Shown in pieces: positions 18,812 through 28,417 of a stretch of DNA of 64,000 bases. Origin of the DNA: an uncultured Coriobacteriia bacterium (GTDB taxonomy: Bacteria; Actinomycetota; Coriobacteriia; Anaerosomatales; PHET01); contig OW818687.1 of the NCBI GenBank assembly GCA_942493275.1, forward strand, positions 1,223,211 through 1,287,210, read 5' to 3'. The notes beneath the pieces are model-generated. The model searched no databases. It was not told the DNA's origin and saw nothing but the letters and a program-made list of their open reading frames with translations. Position 1 is the stretch's first letter, and every line of letters begins with the position of its first letter. Made by a program: the position numbers and the translations under genes.

Positions 18812-18880
18812 AAAAACGGCGCTCGGGATGCGCCCTGTAGGGTTCGAGTGTACGCAGATTCAGTGCCGATGTAACTGAAT
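18812..18880 (-). promoter_or_regulatory. Structured leader/promoter of the radical SAM gene
   Basis: On the minus strand: TTACAT-N16-TACACT (sigma70-like), overlapped by inverted repeat ATTCAGT-N9-ACTGAAT (18858-18880). Then GGCGC-ATCCCGA-GCGCC + TTTTT (18812-18834) directly before the SD. Confidence 0.4.
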
Positions 18881-18935
18881 GTAACAACTATGACTTTCCC
18901 GTGGTGCTCTTTCGGTAAGCGGCGGCGCGGGCTCC

Positions 18936-19271
18936 TTAGACGGATGCGAGCAGCGCCTGCATCGCCCAGAGCACGCCCATGCCCACCGCCAGGGTGATGA
19001 GCGTGTTCTTGGTCTTCCACGCGACTGCGGCAGCGGCGAGTGCGGCCACCAGCCTCGCGGGCGCGAACTCGTAGGCGCCATCCAGCTTCACGTAGAGCGC
19101 GCCCGGCACGACCAGTGCGGTGAGCACGGCGGCCGGCACGTGCTTCAACAGGCGCGTGACCCACGCCGGCGGATGGACGTTTCCATGCAGCCACAGCGGG
19201 ATGCTGCGCAGCAGGAACGTGCCTGCCGCGAGACCTGCGATGTAGACCCAGAACCGCGCGGTCTCACTCAT
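18936..19271 (-). CDS. azlD: Branched-chain amino acid exporter small subunit (AzlD family)
   Basis: About 110 aa, 3-4 TM helices, 8-nt overlap with the upstream azlC. Confidence 0.8.
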   Translation of the reverse strand: MSETARFWVYIAGLAAGTFLLRSIPLWLHGNVHPPAWVTRLLKHVPAAVLTALVVPGALYVKLDGAYEFAPARLVAALAAAAVAWKTKNTLITLAVGMGVLWAMQALLASV

Positions 19272-20004
19272 CGGCGGTCTCCTCGTTGCTGTCGCGCACT
19301 GCGCCCCACGCCATGCCGATGAGGATCGAGGCGAGAAGCCCGAGCTGCATCGGCAGCGCGGGAACGAGTATCGCTGCGGCGACCGCCGTGACCGCGGCCG
19401 TCTCGGCATCGATACGCTCGGCGATGGCGGGCACCAGCATCGCGAGAAAGACGAGCGGCACCGCGAAGTCGAGCGACCACTCGGGCGGGATGATCGGGCC
19501 GAGAAGCGCGCCGGCGATGTTGGCGGCCTGCCACACCAGAGCGAGGATCAGCCACGAGCCGACGTAGTACGGCACGATCGAGATGTCGTCTCGGAAGCGA
19601 CCGGATGTCATCACCGCCGCGTAGGACTGGTCGACGAGCGGATGCCCCAGGAGCCAGCGTCCGTGCTGCTTCCCGTTAGCGATGTAGGGGGCGATCGACG
19701 TCGCGTAGATGAACAGGCGCGCATTGATGATGAGCGAGGTGGTGAGCGCGATGGCGAGCGGTGTGCCCTCGGTGAAGAGCGTCGTTGCGGCGAGCTGCGA
19801 GGCCCCCGCGTTCACGAACAGTGACATCGCGACGGCTTCCGGAAGCCCGAGCCCCGCGCCCGTGACGGCAGCGCCGCACACCAGCCCGAACGGGATGATT
19901 CCCGGGATGATCGGCGACACCTCGGTGGCACCGGCAAGCATGCTCGCACGAGTACGCGACAAACGCTTCACCCCCTCGGTCTCAAAGAGGCGTAATCGTA
20001 GCAT
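19264..20004 (-). CDS. azlC: AzlC-family branched-chain amino acid exporter
   Basis: GIIPFGLVCGA...FVNAGASQL motifs. An alternative start exists at 19941. Confidence 0.8.
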   Translation of the reverse strand: MLRLRLFETEGVKRLSRTRASMLAGATEVSPIIPGIIPFGLVCGAAVTGAGLGLPEAVAMSLFVNAGASQLAATTLFTEGTPLAIALTTSLIINARLFIYATSIAPYIANGKQHGRWLLGHPLVDQSYAAVMTSGRFRDDISIVPYYVGSWLILALVWQAANIAGALLGPIIPPEWSLDFAVPLVFLAMLVPAIAERIDAETAAVTAVAAAILVPALPMQLGLLASILIGMAWGAVRDSNEETADE

Positions 20005-20058
20005 GCGCCCAGAATGGGAACGGATACACTCGCAGGCTAAACAGACACGGGAGGTCGA

Positions 20059-20766
20059 ATGGAACCGACGGGTCGGCGATTGAGGATAACCATCACCGAG
20101 GACGGCCCGTACATCGTGTCGGGAGGCGTCCCTCTCATTCGCGCCGAGATCGTCACCAACGAATCGGGTGAGTCCGTCGGCTGGCGCGAGATAGAGCGCC
20201 TCGACGTGCCCGACCGCTACCTCCTGTGCCGGTGCGGCGCAAGCACCTCGAAGCCGTTCTGCGACGGCAGTCACGTCGACGTTGGCTTCAGTGGCACCGA
20301 GAGCGCAGGTCACGACTCCTACATCGAGCAGTCGGTCAGCATCGACGGCCCCGGCATCGTCTTGCACGACGCCCGCCGGCTCTGCGCCGAGGCGCGCTTC
20401 TGCGACCGGGCCGGCGGTCTATGGAACCTCGTGTCGCAGTGCGACGACCCCGACACCCGCACGCTCGCCGAGGAGGAGGCGTCGCTGTGCCCCTCCGGAC
20501 GCTACACCCTCTGCGATGCCGATGACGGCTCGCTCCATGAGCCGGAGCTCGAACCGTCAATCGTGCTCGTCGAGGACCCGTCACTCGGCGTGTCGGGGCC
20601 CTTGTGGGTGCGCGGAGGCATCCGCGTGACCGGCGCCGACGGAGTCCCCTACGAAGTGCGAAACCGCGTCACTCTCTGCCGCTGCGGTAACAGCCGCAAC
20701 AAGCCGTTCTGCGACGGCTCGCACGTCGGCGCCACGTTCCGTGACGAGAGCGCGGTGTCCGAATGA
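20059..20766 (+). CDS. CDGSH iron-sulfur domain protein (two CDGSH motifs plus a central Cys cluster)
   Basis: CRCGASTSKPFCDGSH and CRCGNSRNKPFCDGSH. Central cysteines C..A.FC......C...C. Confidence 0.85.
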   Translation: MEPTGRRLRITITEDGPYIVSGGVPLIRAEIVTNESGESVGWREIERLDVPDRYLLCRCGASTSKPFCDGSHVDVGFSGTESAGHDSYIEQSVSIDGPGIVLHDARRLCAEARFCDRAGGLWNLVSQCDDPDTRTLAEEEASLCPSGRYTLCDADDGSLHEPELEPSIVLVEDPSLGVSGPLWVRGGIRVTGADGVPYEVRNRVTLCRCGNSRNKPFCDGSHVGATFRDESAVSE

Positions 20767-21712
20767 CGGGGCCGCTCACCGCGCTGGATCACGTCTGCGT
20801 CGCAGTCGTGGGCGGCGCGAACACCGACATCGTCGGCGCGCCCGTCAACGCGCTCGTCATGCACGACTCCAACCCGGGCAGCGTCAGCGTGAGCCCCGGC
20901 GGGGTGGGGCGCAACGTCGCCGAGAACCTCTCGCGGATGGGAGTCGAGACGCATCTCGTCACCGCTTTCGGAGGTGACGGCGCAGCCAAGAGACTCGAGA
21001 CCTCGTGCGTCGACGCAGGCATCCGCATCGAGCGGTCGTTGCGCGTTCGGGCACTGCCCGGCGCCCGGTACCTCGCGATCAACGACGAGCGCCGCGACCT
21101 CTCGGTCGCTGTCTCGGACATGCGCGTCATCGACCGCATCCTGCCGAGCGAGCTCGAGGTTCCGGAGCGCCGCGCCACGCTCGAGCGCGCCGACATGGTG
21201 GTCGCGGACGCCAATCTGCCGACCGAGTCGCTTCAGTGGCTCGTCGATCACCTCGACGTTCCGATCGCGCTCGACCCGGTGTCGACCGCCAAGGCCATGC
21301 GCGTGCGCTCGCTCATCGGGCGACTTGCCGCGATCTTCCCCAACTCGTACGAGGCCGGAGCGTTGCTCGGGCGGGCGGTCGAGGGCGAGGCGTCCTGCCG
21401 AGACGCCGCCGAGGCGCTCGTCGCGCTCGGGTGCGGACGGGTCTTCGTGAGCGCGGGGCCGCTCGGTGTGGCCTGGGCGGACGCGAGCGGCTCGGGCTTC
21501 ACGCCGGCTCCACGGGTCGACATCGTGAGCACCAACGGCGCCGGAGACGCATTCAGCGCCGGTGCCGTGTGCGGCATGCTGTGCAAGATGCCCACCGAGG
21601 AGTGCGCGCAGCTCGGATCCGCACTGGCGTCCCTGACGCTGGGCGGCGACGAGACCGTGAGCCCGCATCTGACCCCCACCGCCATCGTCTCGATGCTTGA
21701 GGAGCTGCAGCC

Positions 21713-21716
<4 letters not shown>
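20763..21716 (+). CDS. psuK: PfkB-family kinase, pseudouridine kinase-like
   Basis: GGANTD, PGGVGRNVAENL and NGAGDAF motifs. ATGA overlaps on both sides. Confidence 0.8.
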
Positions 21717-22621
<905 letters not shown>

Positions 22622-22625
22622 GGGC

Positions 22626-23012
22626 CTAGCGGTTCATCCAGGTGATCGCGACCTGTGCGGTCGTGGCGATCGAGACCCACAGCAGGTAGGGCGAGAGGGC
22701 GAGCGACGCGACCCGCGAGTACGGCCAGATGGCGATCATCGACCAGACGATCGTCACGAGCACGATGATGATGTCGATGGTGGCGAGCGGAAGGTTGCGC
22801 ATCCCGAACTGGATCGGCGTGAACGCGACGTTGGCCACGATGTTGATGACGACGGGTACCGCGACCGACCACGGAATCTCCCCGCGCACCATCCGATAGA
22901 ACACCCACCCGTACGTCACGATGATGATCGGGTACAGCACGGTCCATATCGTCCCGATGACCGAACCGGGCGGCGTCCACGCCGGCTTCGCCAGGCTGTC
23001 ATACCAGTCCAC
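22626..23012 (-). CDS. TspO/MBR-family protein, short form
   Basis: WYDSLAKPAWTPP...WTVLYPII motif. GTG 23012 follows GGAGGA. Lacks the usual first TM helix. Confidence 0.75.
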   Translation of the reverse strand: MDWYDSLAKPAWTPPGSVIGTIWTVLYPIIIVTYGWVFYRMVRGEIPWSVAVPVVINIVANVAFTPIQFGMRNLPLATIDIIIVLVTIVWSMIAIWPYSRVASLALSPYLLWVSIATTAQVAITWMNR

Positions 23013-23133
23013 GGGTCCTCCGTTCGGCGGCGTCGTCTTCGGATTCTTCCCGAGAATTGACGGAAGTCATGTTCGTTCTGCCCACGGCAGGGCATTCTCG
23101 GGAGGACCGTCCGTTCCAAGGAGGACTTCTCGC

Positions 23134-23757
23134 ATGGCCGACGACGCCACCACCGCCAACCCGCGGGTGCTCGATACCTACAGTCTGGTCTACGCGTTCA
23201 CTCTGCTGTTCCTGTTTCCGGGCGCCGTGTACGTGGGGACGCTCCCGTTTCGCACCTACACCTTCGCCTACGTGAGCGCGATCGCCGTGCCGTTCGTCCT
23301 GGGGCTCGTGGCGACAGTGCTCACAGACAGCCGAGACGACGCGCGCACCAAAGCGATCCGGCTGCTGGTGCTCATCCCAGTAATCGCAATCACCGGCGTG
23401 ACCGTGCTGTTCACGAGCTCTCTGCTGCTCGTTCCGATCAACCAGTTCATGACGCCGCAGATGCACGAATCCACGTCTCCGGTGTGGACGGTGCTCATCG
23501 TGGTGTTGGCAGCGCCGCTCTTGTACTCGCTGTTCAGCCGGGTGCGTCGCCCGAGCGCGATCGGTGCGCTCCAGGCGCTGCCGATGCTGTTCGCCCTCGC
23601 GGTCGTGGCGGGCGTCATCTACTTCAGCTTCGGGACGCAGACCATCACCGAGCTCGCCCGCAAGGACGTCATCATCTACATCGTGGGTGCGCTGACGTGG
23701 TACCTGCCGGCGTTTGCGATATCGGCGGGCGCGTGGCGGAGCGTCGGGCTGGTCTAG
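23134..23757 (+). CDS. Polytopic membrane protein, hypothetical
   Basis: ATG 23134 follows AAGGAGGA. About 6 TM helices. Confidence 0.6.
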   Translation: MADDATTANPRVLDTYSLVYAFTLLFLFPGAVYVGTLPFRTYTFAYVSAIAVPFVLGLVATVLTDSRDDARTKAIRLLVLIPVIAITGVTVLFTSSLLLVPINQFMTPQMHESTSPVWTVLIVVLAAPLLYSLFSRVRRPSAIGALQALPMLFALAVVAGVIYFSFGTQTITELARKDVIIYIVGALTWYLPAFAISAGAWRSVGLV

Positions 23758-23798
23758 CGCGACCCTGCTAGAGCGTGCGCCACCAGCCGAGTATATGC

Positions 23799-24182
23799 TC
23801 AGCCGGCGGAGCGGAAGGGCTGCTCGGCGCGCTTATCGGAGATCCGGTTGTTCTCGTCGACGAATACGACCGAGGGCTCCCACGCCGAGGCTTCCTCGGC
23901 GTCGAGCTCGATGAAGCTCGCGATGATGACGAGGTGGCCGGGGGAAGCGTGATGGGCGGCGCCGCCGTTGACGCAGATTGCGCCCGAGCCGGGTTCGCCG
24001 CGCAGCGCGTAGGTCTGAATGCGCGAGCCGGTTGTGACGTTCCAGATGCAGACCGCCTCGTTGGGGAGGATGTCGGCCGCTTCGAGAAGGTCCGCGTCGA
24101 TGGTGACGCTGCCCTCATAGTCGAGACGCGCCTCGGTGACGGTGGCGCGATGTATCTTTCCGCCCAGCATGGTTCTGTGCAC
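23799..24182 (-). CDS. panD: Aspartate 1-decarboxylase proenzyme
   Basis: (V)[15 protein letters not shown]...[10 protein letters not shown] (Gly-Ser self-cleavage site)...NGAAAH. GTG 24182 follows GGAGAGGAG. An alternative ATG is at 24170. Confidence 0.93.
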   Translation of the reverse strand: MHRTMLGGKIHRATVTEARLDYEGSVTIDADLLEAADILPNEAVCIWNVTTGSRIQTYALRGEPGSGAICVNGGAAHHASPGHLVIIASFIELDAEEASAWEPSVVFVDENNRISDKRAEQPFRSAG

Positions 24183-24291
24183 GGGGGCTCCTCTCCGGGT
24201 ACCCGCCGACTCGTCGGTCGGGTCCCAGCCCGGGGGCTGTGCGCGGATGGTAGCACGGAGCGGGCCACGTGAAAGCAGCCTCGGAAAACGC

Positions 24292-24324
24292 GAATGACCC
24301 CGGTGATCCAGTCCGGGGTCATTC
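24292..24324 (-). promoter_or_regulatory. Terminator-like hairpin in the panD leader
   Basis: GAATGACCCCGG-N9-CCGGGGTCATTC forms a perfect 12-bp stem. On the minus strand it is followed by GCGTTTTCC. It lies about 110 nt upstream of the panD start. Confidence 0.45.
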
Positions 24325-24502
24325 TGCATGAAGAAGAGCTGGCCCTTTCGGGCTAAGGGGAGTATCCCGCACTGTTGTGTCGGCATAATGCATGCGGCGT
24401 GAAGGATTTATGGAGTCGACATCAGCATGCTGTGGGCGCGCCGCCGGTGCTCGGATACCATCGTCGAGTGTCTTGAAGTCCGAACGACTCGGAGGAAGCC
24501 GC

Positions 24503-25675
24503 GTGTTCATCCTCGAAGACCCCTACGTCTCGACGCTTCTGGCCGACACCGTGGCCGCGATGCGTCTTCCCGTGCTCGACACCCCGATGGCCCGCACGGC
24601 GCTCGCCGGCCGAGGCGTCCACCTCTCGGGAGACGCCTCCTTCGCGGCTGCGGTGCGCATGTCGTGCGGCTCGCGCCTGTACGCGAACTCCGAGAACGCG
24701 ATCGGGTGGATCGCCGAGCACCTGAGCGACACCCCATTGCCCGGGGAGATCGACACCTTCAAGGACAAGGTCCGCTTTCGCGATCTGCTCGCTGACCTGT
24801 ACCCGGAGTACCGCTATGCAGGGGTGGCGCTGGGTGAACTCCGCGAGTTCGATACCGCCGCGCTCAGGACGCCGTTCGTCGTGAAGCCCGCGGTCGGCTT
24901 CTTCAGTATGGGTGTTCACGTCGTCGACTCCCACGACAAGTGGCCCGCCGTGGTGGCCGAGATCGAGCGGGAGACCGCAGCGTTCTCGGCGGTGTATCCC
25001 GAGGCGGTCATCGGCCTTGACCGATTCGTCATCGAGGAGGTCATCGAGGGCGAGGAGTTCGCGGTAGACGCGTACTTCGACGAGAGCGGCGAGCCGGTGA
25101 TCGTCAACATCTTCGGCCACCTGTTCGCTTCGGCCGACGATGTCAGCGATCGGGTGTACTACACCTCGGTGGAGATGGTGCGCGAGCACCTGGATGCCTT
25201 CGAAGAGTTTTTGCGAGAGGTGGGACGTCGCGCGGGCCTCAGGGACTTCCCGATGCACGCCGAGCTGCGAGTCGCCGCGGACGGCTCGATAGCCCCCATC
25301 GAGATCAACCCGATGCGCTTTGGCGGATGGTGCGCGACCGACCTTGCGTACTTCGCCTACGGAATCAACCCCTACCGCACCTACCTGCACGATCTTCGCC
25401 CAGACTGGGACGCCATCGCCAAGGAGCGCGCCGGTCGGCTCGTCGCGCTCGTCATCGCGGACCTGCCATCGTCGGTGAATCTCTCGGAGATCGAGTCGGT
25501 CGATTACGACGCGTTCTCGGCGAGGTTCAGCAACGTGCTCGAGCTGCGGCCCACCGACTTCAGCCGTTATCCGGTGTTCGCCTTTACCTTCGTGGACGTG
25601 CCCGCCGACGACCTGACGGAGCTTCATGAAGTGCTCGGGGCCGACCTGCGCGGCTACCTGAGGATGCGCGGCTAG
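24503..25675 (+). CDS. ATP-grasp domain protein (ligase of unknown substrate)
   Basis: GTG 24503 follows GGAGGA. ATP-grasp core (FVVKPAVGFFSMGVH...EEVIEGEEFAVDAYF...EINPMRFGG). Confidence 0.75.
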   Translation: MFILEDPYVSTLLADTVAAMRLPVLDTPMARTALAGRGVHLSGDASFAAAVRMSCGSRLYANSENAIGWIAEHLSDTPLPGEIDTFKDKVRFRDLLADLYPEYRYAGVALGELREFDTAALRTPFVVKPAVGFFSMGVHVVDSHDKWPAVVAEIERETAAFSAVYPEAVIGLDRFVIEEVIEGEEFAVDAYFDESGEPVIVNIFGHLFASADDVSDRVYYTSVEMVREHLDAFEEFLREVGRRAGLRDFPMHAELRVAADGSIAPIEINPMRFGGWCATDLAYFAYGINPYRTYLHDLRPDWDAIAKERAGRLVALVIADLPSSVNLSEIESVDYDAFSARFSNVLELRPTDFSRYPVFAFTFVDVPADDLTELHEVLGADLRGYLRMRG

Positions 25676-25677
25676 GC

Positions 25678-25902
25678 TCAGGAGCCCGAGAGGACCCGGG
25701 CATCGAGCCCCACTCGGTGGAGCGCCGAGATGATGCGCTCTGCACTGGTGACCGAGTCGTCGAACATCACGGAGACGAGGCCGAGCGACCCCATCCCGGC
25801 GACTCGGACGACGCCGCCCACGCCCGCGACCACGGCCTCTGCCAGATGCGTGGGCCATGCGCCGGTGAATCCCTGGAGACGGAGATGGACTGCTGACAAC
25901 AT
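25678..25902 (-). CDS. Small HMA-fold-like protein lacking the CxxC metal site
   Basis: 74 aa with ATG after GAGAGGAG. HMA-like layout (LRLQGFTGAWPTHLAEAV...V...FDDSVTSAERIISAL) but no cysteines. Confidence 0.45.
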   Translation of the reverse strand: MLSAVHLRLQGFTGAWPTHLAEAVVAGVGGVVRVAGMGSLGLVSVMFDDSVTSAERIISALHRVGLDARVLSGS

Positions 25903-26117
25903 CGCGGGCTCCTCTCGCCGATCACCCCATTCTCGGGCCATGAATCGAGGGTGCCCGAGAGATGTGAGCGGGGCGTTGGAGACTCGTGGCGATTCGGTGA
26001 AGTGCCCGTGAACGTGTCCGTGGACACAGTTGGTCCACCGAATGTGCTGACCAGTGGGTCACGGCACGCCTTTCGCTCCCGCGCACGGAGTAGTCACACA
26101 ATGAAAGCCGGCACGAC

Positions 26118-28316
26118 TTGTACTCAGCAATCGGGAGGGTGAAGGGTTTCTCGGCCCACTGGGCGTGGTTCGCCGTGTTCGCGGCCGTCTTCGTCGCCCT
26201 TCCCTCTTTCATCCCTTCGGGCCCCGTGACGTTCTGGCTCCAAGGCGTCAGCTATCTGCTGATCGCGGCCATGGCGGTGCTTGCCACCGCGCGCGCGACC
26301 TCGGTCACGTCGGGCATCGAGAAGCGCGCCTGGACGTACCTCGCACTCGCAGTGGGGCTGCTCGCCGCCGGCGACGCGATCTGGATAATCGGTGAGGGCG
26401 TCTCGGGAGGCGCAGCGGTCGAGACTACGCCCGGGATTCCGTACGTCTTCTACGTCCTCGCGTACGTGCCGCTCACGGCGTACGTGCTCACGGTTCTCTC
26501 GGCCGCGCTTTCGGGTGCTCCCTTCCTCACCAAGGGACGCTACATCCTCGATCTCACCATCGCGATCCTGCTGATTGGCGCGCTCGCCTTCCTGTTCATC
26601 CTGAGCCCCTCATATGCGCAGGCGGATCCGGCGGAGTACGGCATCTGGTGGCTCAACACGGTCATCAGCATCCTCGGGGTGTTTGCCGCCGTGTCGCTCC
26701 TCGCGTCGCTGCTCGAGAGCCGCGAGCAGCTGTGGATGCGGTGGGAGGCCAAGGTCACCGCCGCCATCGTGTTGGTGGTCATCTCGGACGTCGTCTACGA
26801 CACGGTCGCCGGGATGGGGATATCGAACGCGTTCATCGCCTCGCTCACCGACGTCCTGTGGATGAGCGCGTACTTCACGCTGGCCATGGCGGCATCGCAG
26901 CGCTATCGGAGCACGCTTGAGATCGTAAACATGCCCACGATGGCGCACGCACGCAGGGGACGTCTTCGCTGGTACGACTTCGGCGTGGCGGCCCTGCTGC
27001 TTTCGCTCGTGCCGTACGTCTTGTTCGAAGCGCGCTCGGGCCACCTCACCGACACGCAGTTCTGGGGGCTCGGCATAGCGTCTTTCGTGCTCGCGCTCCT
27101 CGTCATCGCGCGCTCGATAGTTCTGACCTCCGAGAACGGCAACCTGCTCTCACACACCGTCGTTGACCCGCTCACGGGGGCGTACAACCACCGCTTCTTC
27201 CAGGAGCGCGTTTCTGTCGAAGTCGACCGCGCGCGTCGGTCGGGCGAGCCCTTCACGGTGGCGCTGCTCGACATCGACGACTTCGGGTCCGTCAACGAGC
27301 GCATGGGACATTCGCGCGGCGATCAGTGTCTTGTGCGCGTCTCCGAACTGGTCCGGATGCATGAGCGCGTGACCGACACCGTCTGTCGTCTCGGCGGGGA
27401 CGAGTTCGCGCTCATCATGCCGGCGACGGATTCGGCGTCGGCCGTGGAGCGCATCCAGCAGATTCAGGAGGCGATCGCGGTGGATCGCGAACTGGACGGC
27501 TGCATTTCCACCGCGTCTGTGGGCATCGCCACCTATCCTGACCACGCCTCCGACAGGACCGCGCTCGTAGCGAAGGCGGATGGAGCGCTGTACTGGGCGC
27601 AGGCGACCGGCGTGGGGCAGGTCGTCGTCTACGATGACGACGTGGTCGAGGCGCTCTCGCCGGAGGAGCGGCTGCACCTTACCGAGGAGCAGTCCTACAT
27701 GTCGACGGTCGAGTCGCTCGCGGCAGCGGTCGACGCGCGCGACCGCTATACGCAGTTCCACTCGCGCAACGTCGCGCGGCTTGCGTCGGTTCTCGCGCTC
27801 GAACTCGGCTTCGACGAGAACCGGGTGAAGCTGATCGAGATCGCCGGGCTGCTTCATGACGTGGGCAAGATCGGCATATCGGACACGATCCTTCGTAAGC
27901 CCGGTCGCCTGACCGATGAGGAACGGCTGAAGATCGAAGAGCACCCGGACCTCGGCCAGCGAATTCTGAGCGCGACCATCTTCAAGGAGATCCTCCCGTG
28001 GGTGCTGTCGCATCACGAGCGTTGGGACGGCTCCGGCTACCCGCAGGGACTCGTGGGGGAGGAGGCGCCGCTGGAGGCGCGAATCCTCTCCGTGTGCGAC
28101 GCCTACGACGCGATGGTCTCGGATCGCCCGTACCGCAACGGCCTGCCTCCGCGCGACGCGGTTCTGGAGATCGAGCGCAATCTCGGGACCCAGTTCGATC
28201 CCTACATCGCCTCCGTGTTCATCGCGCTTCATGCCGAGGGTGCGTTCGCCGAGACCGGTGGTGAGTCCGCGGGCGCGGTTCACCCGCTCGACGTCGCCTT
28301 CGAATCGGGATTCTAG
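26118..28316 (+). CDS. Membrane sensor with GGDEF (diguanylate cyclase) and HD-GYP (c-di-GMP phosphodiesterase) domains
   Basis: About 330-aa multi-TM N-terminus. DPLTGAYNHR...GGDEFALIM. HSRNV...LLHDVGKI...HHERWDGSGYPQGL. Start is uncertain (TTG 26118). Confidence 0.88.
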   Translation: MYSAIGRVKGFSAHWAWFAVFAAVFVALPSFIPSGPVTFWLQGVSYLLIAAMAVLATARATSVTSGIEKRAWTYLALAVGLLAAGDAIWIIGEGVSGGAAVETTPGIPYVFYVLAYVPLTAYVLTVLSAALSGAPFLTKGRYILDLTIAILLIGALAFLFILSPSYAQADPAEYGIWWLNTVISILGVFAAVSLLASLLESREQLWMRWEAKVTAAIVLVVISDVVYDTVAGMGISNAFIASLTDVLWMSAYFTLAMAASQRYRSTLEIVNMPTMAHARRGRLRWYDFGVAALLLSLVPYVLFEARSGHLTDTQFWGLGIASFVLALLVIARSIVLTSENGNLLSHTVVDPLTGAYNHRFFQERVSVEVDRARRSGEPFTVALLDIDDFGSVNERMGHSRGDQCLVRVSELVRMHERVTDTVCRLGGDEFALIMPATDSASAVERIQQIQEAIAVDRELDGCISTASVGIATYPDHASDRTALVAKADGALYWAQATGVGQVVVYDDDVVEALSPEERLHLTEEQSYMSTVESLAAAVDARDRYTQFHSRNVARLASVLALELGFDENRVKLIEIAGLLHDVGKIGISDTILRKPGRLTDEERLKIEEHPDLGQRILSATIFKEILPWVLSHHERWDGSGYPQGLVGEEAPLEARILSVCDAYDAMVSDRPYRNGLPPRDAVLEIERNLGTQFDPYIASVFIALHAEGAFAETGGESAGAVHPLDVAFESGF

Positions 28317-28350
28317 GCAACCCGACCCGGCGCGGCCGCTCTCCATCCGC

Positions 28351-28396
28351 TTGACAGCGGAGTCTCCTGGGTACACAATGCAAGTAAGCACTTGCA
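28351..28396 (+). promoter_or_regulatory. Putative promoter plus TetR operator
   Basis: TTGACA (28351) - 17 bp - CACAAT (28374), overlapped by palindrome TGCAAGT-AAGC-ACTTGCA (28379-28396), about 20 bp before the TetR GTG. Confidence 0.55.
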
Positions 28397-28417
28397 CACA
28401 CTCATCGGAGGGGTCAC

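Noticed and set aside
22626-23012. The TspO gene as an N-terminally truncated pseudogene (it lacks the usual first TM helix).
   Set aside because: A GTG start with a well-spaced GGAGGA SD sits exactly at the beginning of the conserved WY..L.KP..PP motif, and there is no upstream in-frame coding remnant. It is more likely a genuine short-form TspO.
26101-26142. A 13-codon upstream ORF (MKAGTTCTQQSGG) before the GGDEF/HD-GYP gene, as a regulatory leader peptide.
   Set aside because: It has no SD, is very short, and overlaps the ambiguous start region. It cannot be distinguished from chance without conservation or Ribo-seq data. It is only mentioned within the related finding.
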